A DNA stretch of 51,006 nucleotides from Vezdaea acicularis. Lineage: Eukaryota. The notes under the pieces are model-generated. The model searched no databases, was not told the DNA's origin, and saw only the letters and a list, made by a program, of their open reading frames with translations. Positions 41,981-51,006 of the stretch are shown here, one piece after another. The stretch lies in NCBI GenBank assembly GCA_026025075.1, contig JAPEUI010000112.1:1-51006 (forward strand), given 5' to 3'. Position 1 is the first letter of the stretch, and each line of letters begins with the position of its first letter. The translations under genes and the position numbers were made by a program.

Positions 41981-42697
41981 TCATACGTCTTGAATCTGCC
42001 TGTGGAACTCGTCCAAGTCCTTCTGTACATCGTTGTACTTCTTCTGGGCCTCTTCAAACTTCTGCTCCCATTGGTCGGATGACGCTTGAAGAGCTTCGGT
42101 CTTTCGCTCGTAGTGCTCAGCCTTCACATCTAGCACGCGGACTCTGAGGGGATAGCTACGTTAGCACTAGCATGAAGCAGGTATGTTGACATATCTAAAG
42201 GGGCTGTCAAGGATGGCTTCACGGCTTACTTTTCATGGGCCTCCCTTAGTTTCTTGTCGTTCTCCTCTGCCTCCTCTTCTAGAAGTGAGATCTTCCTCTG
42301 CAAAGCCTCATTTTCGCTCCCATGTTGAGCTCCTTCACTTGCGGCCGCTTTATGGTCTTTAACGGCTGCCTCCAGTTTTTCCACTTCAGCCTCGAGTGTC
42401 TGATTCTTATACTGAAGCGAAGTGATCTCCTGCTCCTTTGAAAGATTATCCTGCTCCAGGGATTTCACTTTGGCGTTGAGATCTTCAACCTTAGCATGGG
42501 CTTCATCGGCTTCAGCACGAAGAGAATTGAGTTTCTAATGAGCGATAAGCCAAATCAGCTTCTACTTGACCCGCAATATTCATGCTGAAAAAATCCACCC
42601 CATCGGCTAAGATGAAACCCTTGGGTGTGTTCGGTCATAGGTGTGGGGTTGAGGAGCTCTAATCTAGTGGGGAGCTTACATCCTTGATCTTGTCCAT
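41981..42697 (-). CDS. TPM1: Tropomyosin
   Basis: MDKIKD|KLNSLRAEADEA...EQDNLSKEQEITSLQ...DVKAEHYERK; three exons; coiled coil. Confidence 0.92.
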
Positions 42698-43088
42698 GGT
42701 TAGTAGCGGAAGCTTGATATGGTACGCTGCTAGCTAAAAAGATTGACTCTAAAATCTCGTATGTCTTCTCTCAAAATTTCGAGGTTATGTGCTGCGGAAA
42801 TGTCCTTAGATGATTGCAAGGACGTGTGGAACGTTAAATGATTCGGCTTGCGTGAGCTTCGTTTCGCTGGTCAACCAACCAGGGTCGTCAGCTGTCCAAA
42901 TTCGGTGTTGGCGAATATCGTTACCGTGACAACTAGCGTAGTAAACAGAGCTCTCCTTTGTCGGAAAAACCACCTCAACGTTCTTTGAGAATTGGGCGGA
43001 AGACCACAAAAAGTACAACAATGAGCTTACCACCACTGTCAATCATGCTCAGAGACTAGAAAAGCTTCTCCTTCTCGATTACTACGAA

Positions 43089-44569
43089 ATGCTCGCCGCA
43101 CGGGACCAGGAGAATCTGGTGCATGGACAACAGACGGCGGCAGCAGCCAAACCACTCAATCAGGGCACCAAGCTCTTACCCCCAAAGACACCAGGTCATC
43201 AACAGCGGAAATCGCCACTGAAGCTACCACTCAATGATGAAAATGCTCCGATTGCTGGGATAGGAGGGAAATCCGTCCTGAAAACGCAAGGAAAGGTTAA
43301 TGGCGCGTTCATGACTGGAGGCCAGAAAGGCATAGGGCTTGACAAGAATGCTTTCATCACCCCTTCCGGTAATTTTCAAGCTACACACCCGATCTGCTAT
43401 ATTATCTGATGCATGAGTTCAAGGTCCTCGAAACCGCGCCCCCTTAGGCTTCAAGACCACGAATGCTAAAGCGAAGGGATTTCAAACTCCAGGAGCTCCA
43501 ACGGCCAAGAACGAATTTAGGAAGTCTCAAGCAAGTGAAAGATCGGCCGAAGCTTCAGCTCGGAAGCCCAAGCCTCGCATTGCAAATATTGAGCCGGCCA
43601 GTCTTAACGTCTTAGAACATGACCCTGATACCGAAGAGAGGGAGATCGAGTACATGCCTCCAAAACCCAAAGGTATAGCTAGTGACGTCCACCCTTCGTT
43701 TCCTTATACTAACCAGAATAGAACTTCCTGACTTGCCTGATGATCTACCCGAACTCAATCTCGACATGTTCAAGGGAGAAAACTTGACTCGGGGCATGTG
43801 GAGGCTACACCATAATCCCATGGGGGAGGATAGCATCACCCAAAGAGAACGAGAACGCTTGAAAGAGGATGAGATGCTGGAGCGAGAAGCCGATGAGATG
43901 ATTCAAAGAGCAATTGATGATATGACATTTGATATTTCTAGTGACTCTGGAGAAGAAATGATTCCTTTACGTCAAAGGGCAGGCTCAGGTGAAGTTCGAC
44001 CGGGGGGGAACCGGAAACCGAATGGACAATCCGGGGCACGGGCAAAAAAGACTCCGGTGTTCACCAGTGGGCCATCTACGGTCAATGCAAGAAAGGCGTC
44101 TGCTCTACTTTCCATTCAGCCGCCATCAGTCACCACAAAGAAAATTGCTCCCCCAGCCTCAAACACGAGGCTACCTTCACTACTCTTGCGTGGCAAGAAG
44201 GCGCCTGCGCCTGAACCTACGAATCCATCACCAATGCGCCACACAGCCGCGGTTGCTGCCTCTCGTACGACACTTGGATACTCAAAGGGCCGCCTAGCGT
44301 CTTCAGCACTTTCCAAGAAGTCGATAGCTCCCAGGAAGACCTCTATCCTTAGCTCCTCACGTACGAACTCCTCAGCCACTCTGTGCACCTCAGACGATTC
44401 CCAAAGGAACCAGACACCAGCAATTGGCAGCAGAGAGTGGATGTATATGAAGCAGGCAGGGAACTTCGATGATGATTTGGATGATTTGCCTGATGAGCTA
44501 AAGGGTCTCGGGGCAATTCCCCTGACCCTTGGTGCTGATGAAGATTTTGAGTTCCCTATGCCTACCTAA
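43089..44569 (+). CDS. Putative securin (Pds1/Cut2-like separase inhibitor)
   Basis: Low-complexity protein with DQEN/DEN, D-box-like RAPLGFKTTN and EIEYMPP; two introns. Confidence 0.6.
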
Positions 44570-45190
44570 GTCAAATTCTCGGAGGCGTGGACTCCTGTCG
44601 ATGTTTGGATTGTGAGCCTATTATATGATATTGTCCTATGAGCTTTTAGCTTCTAGCTTTATGTGTAGAAATAAATGGAAGTAACCCTTAACTAAAATGT
44701 CTTAAAATGAAGACACATCGCCGACGATCTATCCTAGCTTACTGGTGGTAGTGACAGGTACTTTCTTAAGCCCTGAAGGGCCACTTTATGTACAATTCTG
44801 AACGAGAAGCAGGGCAATACGCGAACTCTCATCAGCAGTGATAGACATACTTCAGTATATCTAGAGACTTCACTTTCAGAGATAGCCTTACGGATCATGG
44901 CAGGACTTCATACTTGGCTTTGGCATCCACAACATGCTAGCAGTGCCCTTAGGGTCCGCCATATTCGGTAATTTCTGCCATATTGCAACTTCCAGCTTTC
45001 CCGTAGAGCTTCAACACACAACAAACCCTTTCAAGATTAGCGAGTAGCCCTTGAACACACAATACACTCTTTTGAGGTTAGCGTGATAACACTCCAATGC
45101 GTGAGTATAAAATCCCGTCCCAAACACCTCGGATCTGTCCTGACCGCGAACGTTCATATTTTCTCAAGAAGGACAACGTCCCAACTCCAT

Positions 45191-46322
45191 ATGGAGCTGC
45201 CACCTAGCTCTGATATGGGGTCCCTGGCAACCTGGACGGGATTTCAATACCCAGATCGTCCTTTCAAAAAGGTTGAACCTGGCTACGAGTACGTAATCTT
45301 CCCGATTCAGCTTATGACCCATGCATCTTCTAAAACTCTCTGAATTAGATTGGTGGACCCATTAATCCTGTTCGCCACGCCATTCAATCCAACCGATGGT
45401 TACTCCTATCCACCAGGATATGTCCCTTGTGCGTTTTCACTGTCAAGTCGCCGGCGTCGAATTGAAACTGATGTCAGCAGATCATACGACCTACTTTCCG
45501 TTCATGTTCGTTGCTCCAGAAATACGAAACAAGATCTACCGGTTCATGGTCATTGAAGAGGATGGTGTGGTAGCGACTAATCTTCCTCGTCGAACTCATT
45601 TACAGCATGTCTCAAACCACAGATATGCAAGACGTAAGCTTCTCAATGAGGGTTGTTTGGAAAAGCCAGAACACTACCGGATACCCCCTTACGAGTTTGG
45701 TCCGGAAGCCCTTTTTGGTGTCTCGAAGCAGGTCCGACATGAGGCCGCTTCAATATACTATAGCGAGAATACCTTCAAGTTCAACGATTTGCGGACTCTA
45801 GAAAACTTCCTCTCTTGTGCGGAACGAAACAACCCTCTTTGCCATGCTCTTCTCCGCAAAGTGGATTTTCGTTGGACAACTGGACCTCGTGTAAGTATCT
45901 TCGAGGCTTTTCGGAGGTTTGAAGGATTACGGTTCTTGACTATTCGCGTCAACGAGACAACTATGACGGGATGCAAAAATATTCGTACTAGCGCGAATAC
46001 AGTTGGAAGACTGTATACCTCTGTCCCTGGATACAAAGAGCTCCTCAAACTTCGGAACTTGGAAAGATTGGAGGTCATATGGGGTATTAACATCGATCCA
46101 GAATCTAGAATGAATTTCGAACAGACCCTCGTCAAATACACCACCATGACCCCTGAGGATGCAGAGGCAGCACAAGAGGCAGAAAAGCTAGCGAAGAAAG
46201 AGGCAAAGAAGCAGGCAACCAAGGCTAAACGACTTGCAGCTGCGAATAACCCGGTAAGGAAAGCAGCATTGGCAGCGGCTAGGGCCGCCAGGAGACAAGC
46301 TAAGAATGCAAACAATGCTTAG
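45191..46322 (+). CDS. Hypothetical fungal protein with F-box/2EXR-like PEIRNKIY motif and basic Ala/Lys tail
   Basis: Three exons join in frame (donors gtacgt ~45289 and gtgcgt ~45429); FPFMFVAPEIRNKIYRFM, VSKQVRHEAASIYYSENTFKF. Confidence 0.65.
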
Positions 46323-47031
46323 ACAGCTGCCTTTGGATGATCAGATAGGGTCCGGTTTTTCTATGGTAGTCATCTCTGGTCCGCGAATAGGAAATACAAT
46401 ACTTGGAACTGAGCTCGTGGTCAAGTACTTCAGATAAAGGCTTAGCATTATACTCTCCTCTTTGTCTTGACGCCTTTAATTGGCCGAATACAATCATTCA
46501 CAAAACTCTAGAACTGTATGACCTTCCTTGTGTGCTTAGCTCGCCTATGCCTCATAAGCCCTCAGGCCTTGGCCATTGTGAAACCTCTCATTTGGCCATC
46601 CCCAACCAGGTACTTCAGTCCAATTTGGCCTTCATGATCCACGATATACTATAGCCCAACATGTCGGCCTGACCAGAGAGATTCTTATCAGCTATATTAC
46701 CATGCGGAAGCAGCCCTTTTGGCAGGATTCAGACTTTCTTTCAAGATCCGGGCCAAGCTCAACTTAAATCAAGACACCGTAGTGAGGGCTAGTCAGATTC
46801 GCCCGAATAGCCCAAATTGAACGATGGAGCAGGTTTTTCACGCATGCTCGAGACATATCGGCTTTCCTATTGTGTTATCAGATTAATCGAACGTCACCTC
46901 TTCGAGTCTGGCACTTACACGTATAACGCCTGACACAATCTTGGAGGGTTTACCGCGTGTACAGACGATGCTCTGCTCCCCAAAATTATGATTCATGGGT
47001 GATATGCGATTCTGGAACTGAAAACTCTCCC

Positions 47032-48165
47032 CTAGCAACGTAGTGGCAACACATGCTGCGGTAGACTAGTCTGTCGACAAAGCGGACACTCAGGCTTCTC
47101 TCTACACCAGTCCCCTATACAGGTCCAGCAAAAGACATGACCACATGTGGTAGCGCTTGGGTCCTTCATGGGTTCCAAACAGAGTGTACACTTCCTCTGC
47201 TGTTGGCTCTGAATCCACGGGAACAAGACAGGATCCTCTAGACTATATCGGGGCCCAGGCAAAACTGGAGTATTTGTCATGTTTGCGATCCGAGCTAGAG
47301 GAGTCTGTTTCATAGTCGTAATTATGTCTTCAGAAGGGTGTGAAGTGCTGTCGGGTTGCTCTGACATGACTTCAGCACCGTTGTCCAAAAGCGCTGTTCT
47401 ACCAATGGTAGAGTCAGGTTTTGCGACTGTAGGCTCTGTAGACGGTAAAGCCTGCTTCACGTGCAGCCAACCCTGTACGGCCATCTGGAGAACTAACAGA
47501 ACACCAAGTACTTCGTACCCAACGCGTTGCTCGGATGGTGGTATACGCTTGGTGAAAACATATCGGAGCCCTAACAGCCGCTTGCTGAAATGGTAGTAAG
47601 ATCCACTGAAATAGAAAGCGGTCAAACTGAGAAGGTAAAGTGGTGTTGGAGAGATAATTGATCCTATGTGCTCGTGGAGGTATTGTTGCGCGCGAAGGGA
47701 GGAACGGCTTAAGCTTGATGGCTGGCGAATGTTTGATTCCAGCTTGTGCAGCACCCGTTGGCGGAGCATGGGTAGAAAGCGTGACAGAGTGTAAGGTAGA
47801 AGTATCGAGGACAATATATAACCGCCGCGCCGTCTCACAGATGGTAGGCGCCCCGACTCTCCCTCAACCTGGACTATGTCGCAATATTCTTCCCCTAGCG
47901 TCCGGTTGCCGATGAAGGTTGTGAGTCCAAAGTACAGAAGCTCTGTTAATGTTTTCGTTTCAAACGCGAACTTATGGACAAAGCGTACGCCATAGAGCCG
48001 TCGCAATATACTTGAGAATTGCTCCAGAAGAACACCTTGAAAGTAGGCATCCTTCTCGTTAGAGCGGATGATGTCTGGTGCTGCTGCAAAATCATAGCTA
48101 TACGATGGCGGATCTCCGAGAGATTTGTTCGGGGCCTCGTAAGGTGCTTGATTTGGGCTTGTCAT
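47032..48165 (-). CDS. PEX10: Peroxin Pex10, RING E3 ligase
   Basis: AAAPDIIRSNEKD, GNRTLGEEYCDI, C3HC4 RING CTLCLE...CGHVFCWTCI...CPLCRQ. Confidence 0.95.
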   Translation of the reverse strand: MTSPNQAPYEAPNKSLGDPPSYSYDFAAAPDIIRSNEKDAYFQGVLLEQFSSILRRLYGVRFVHKFAFETKTLTELLYFGLTTFIGNRTLGEEYCDIVQVEGESGRLPSVRRRGGYILSSILLPYTLSRFLPMLRQRVLHKLESNIRQPSSLSRSSLRAQQYLHEHIGSIISPTPLYLLSLTAFYFSGSYYHFSKRLLGLRYVFTKRIPPSEQRVGYEVLGVLLVLQMAVQGWLHVKQALPSTEPTVAKPDSTIGRTALLDNGAEVMSEQPDSTSHPSEDIITTMKQTPLARIANMTNTPVLPGPRYSLEDPVLFPWIQSQQQRKCTLCLEPMKDPSATTCGHVFCWTCIGDWCREKPECPLCRQTSLPQHVLPLRC

Positions 48166-48354
48166 AACGTACAAAAGAAGTCATTGTCAAAGGGATAAAG
48201 GCTTCATAGCTCCGTAGTCCCGTTAAATTCACCTCGGCAATGTCAGCCACTTCTAGAATGCTGGGCAGATTTCACGTGATGAGCGCATCGCCCTTCGTCT
48301 ATCATTGCCTGGTTAGCTTCACAATTCATCTCGATAGAGATTCGTCACCACCAA

Positions 48355-49412
48355 ATGCATATTCTACGGATAGGGGCCTTCGCCCTAAGCTTTGCAGCTG
48401 CTCATGCCTCTCAAGAAACTTCACCATTCTATCTTTTCTCCACCTCATAGTAAGTGTCTTACCTCTCATGATCTCATCAATTGTCTAACGCTGTATTGTA
48501 GTCTACCCAACACTACCCCTCCGCAACAGTTCCCAGCCCATTCTCTTCTAAATTACATTCAAGATTTATTATCAAGCTGCTCGACAGATACCTATGTCAT
48601 CGTCTCGCAACCAAATGTCGATGCGACCAACTTCGAATCTCCTGTCCCTCCATCATCACTTAGGAAGATATTCAATGAAAATAGGAATATAAGAACAAGC
48701 ATAGGCGTTCCAGACGTAGAGGGCAGGTTCGATACAGAGGCACTGCAATACTGGCTAGAGGAAAAGTGTGCAGCCTACGTCTGGGACGTCCAAGCTTCAA
48801 GTATGTCACCCTGCAGAATAGCATGAGTACCCTGCTAACTATGGCAACCATAAGACTCTCATTCAAGCAGCTCGCTTGTGCACCCCAACTCCCAAGTTGT
48901 GCGAGTTGACTTCGAGCTTCTTCCGAGTTCGACGGCCGAGAGAGATGCAAAATTGGCTGAGAACGGTATGTTTGAGTATCAAGAAGCTCTTCGACAGGTG
49001 CTAATGCCGGCTAGATGCGGTCCTTGCCTCCGTCCTCGATCTTCTACCATCAGAAAAATTGACCGTTCTATATACAACGACATCAGTAGGGGACGCTTAT
49101 CTACATCCTCACCAGACGTATGGCAGGGGTGATCCGATGGACATCATCTCTCCCGAACCATTCTCTTCGCAAGAGCTTAAGCGGGACGTTCACATCGAAG
49201 ATCCTGATAAGCTCACCAACAGCACCGTCCGACGGAATGCGCCATTGTTCGAGAAATACCAGTTCTTTACGCCCGGAATCTTCATGGGACTCTTAGTCAG
49301 CTTCTTACTAATCTCTATTTTGAGTGTAGCTATCAGTGCGGTCTCAAGTCTCCAAGTAACCTATGCAGCGTTTGAGAAGGAGATGGGCCCGTCGGCTGGG
49401 AAAAAGCCCTAG
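48355..49412 (+). CDS. BIG1: BIG1 / V-ATPase S1 (Ac45/Voa1)-family type I membrane protein
   Basis: Signal peptide followed by TSPFYLFST, CSTDTYVIVSQPNV, C-terminal LFEKYQFFTPGIFMG plus TM helix; three introns. Confidence 0.7.
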
Positions 49413-49642
49413 GATAATTTATGTACCAATATGAGAACCCGACTTGCTCCACTTGATTGAAGCTGTCCGACAAACGGTCTATGCTTAAAACGTGATATAA
49501 AGACAGACTGGCAATGCTGTTCGTCCGAGCCGATGCAAAATATTCCTCTGCTGTCCCAAGACTTCACCATCGCTTAAAGTTCATGCTTACTCCCAAAGTT
49601 GTGTTTCTAACCAATATCAAGGGGTAATGTTGAGGACCTGAT

Positions 49643-51006
49643 TCACATAACAATACAACCAATCCCATACATCGCCCTCTCCACCTTAGACTTGACCTGA
49701 TACCAGTCTGCACGTCTCTGCGCGAATTCGTACACCTCTTCTGCGCGAAAAACACCGTAGAAGCGATCGCTGTCGGCGATCACAGTCGCCATGTCTTTCG
49801 CATCCTCGGGCGCAATAAGGTAGATCTGGGCAAGTTCAATCAGAGCTTTATAGTAGGTAAGGAGGTCTGCGTTGCGGAGAGAAGTTATGTAGCTTGTGTA
49901 ATGCGTCATGTCGCTAGAAGGCTGGGGGTTAGAATGAGGTATTGGAAGAAGCGGGACAAGACTTACGAGATAAGCTTCATAGAACCATCGACAGAAACTC
50001 GTTGCCTTTTCAGGTGCTTGCATAACGCGGCAAAGAGCCGAAGCCCTATTTCTTGATTGAAGACATCCAACATGTTCTTATCCGTGCTCCCCACTAGCAT
50101 CTTCGTATGCGAAGATACTAGCTCCACGATTCGCAAGGCAGTTACACTCGGGCCTACATCAAACGGTTCGCCTGGCGTGGGGTTGAAGTCCGTGGTGTCC
50201 TGTGTCGTCGCGCATAGGTACTCGACTTCGTCCATCAGGACGTCAATACCCTTGTTCAGACCTGCAGCAACCCTCTCATCAAGCATCTGCTCAAATCTCT
50301 TCTTCTCTTTGACAGCTGGATCCAGGAAATCATTAGCATCAACCAGCTTCTTGGCCACTAGCTCCTGCTGGTAGAAAACGTCGATCATCTGCTGAATCAA
50401 ATCGCCCACGCTTACCAGCTCCAGAAACATTACCAGTGGTGCTACGCCAGGCTGAGAATGCTCGCTAACTTCTCGCGGATTATACTTGGAGAGATGGTCG
50501 ACGGCCTTGTCGAAGCCAGCCTTGATATGCCGCGAGCCCATCATCTGGAGCAGCATGACGAAGATCGTCGCGCATTGTTCCTTTGCTTCCTGGCCCGTCT
50601 GACCGCTGAAGCGGACGAAAAGAGCAACGCGTTCCAGAGAAGACTTTGCGTATTTGACGAGGTTGAGAGCAACCTCAATACTAAAGAGAGATCGGATGCC
50701 CTCAAGGCGAGTGGCCATTATGGCCGCTTTGGCGGCGAGCTCAGTCGTTATCGCCTCCACTCCGGGTGTCGATGGTGGCACAGGCGATATAGAGCGCCCG
50801 TTAAGCAGAGTTGGTGTAGAAGATCTATTGGGCACAGAAAGTTGCTTTTGATCAGCAGAAAAACTTGTCGTGCCGTTCGGTGCGACGGGCTTGCTCGCGG
50901 TAAAAGGCATAGCTACGACGTTAACTGGCATCATGACTACCTTCTTGAATGAAGAGAGGAAGTCTCGCTTATCAGCAACTCTGTTGACATTGGCCATGAA
51001 GTATGA
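49643..51006 (-). CDS. RCY1: Recyclin-1 (Sec10-like domain F-box protein), 3' part only
   Basis: LEGIRSLFSIEVALNLV, KKRFEQMLDERVAAGLNKGIDVLM, RRADWYQVK, C-terminal CaaX (CIVM); runs off the window. Confidence 0.85.

Noticed and set aside
49643..51006. Sec10-like gene as the guardee of the patatin NLR, by analogy with sec-9/plp-1
   Set aside because: It is RCY1-like, not a SNARE, and lies ~43 kb away among core genes; no evidence of a functional link.

Overview
Eukaryotic DNA from a filamentous ascomycete (Pezizomycotina-type short GT-AG introns with CTRAC/CTRAY branch points). Exon boundaries were worked out by hand, and family names come from motif recognition, not database searches. The window has two parts. 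(1) About 1-8100 looks accessory: ~2.2 kb with no recognisable gene; a complete six-exon fungal NLR immune receptor (patatin-like phospholipase - NB-ARC - 13 near-identical 42-aa TPR repeats with hypervariable positions); and a frameshifted, nonsense-interrupted His/Cys (permuted papain-like) gene bracketed on each side by a 5 x 19-bp tandem array. (2) About 8100-51006 is a dense run of conserved genes: MNS1, RPT4, enolase, SDH6 (absent from the ORF track), small HSP, RIB4, LSM6, a head-to-head RAD16/RAD7 pair, AVT3-like, VHC1-like, MSH4, RSA4, a CAP/PR-1 protein, ERD1, RRP17, tropomyosin, a securin-like gene, an unknown gene, PEX10, BIG1/Ac45-like and partial RCY1. The best leads are the NLR (repeat diversification and a possible patatin-only isoform from intron 4), the repeat-bracketed pseudogene cassette, and an ERD1 TAG stop in a UAG-CAR-YYA leaky context followed by a 21-codon in-frame tail.
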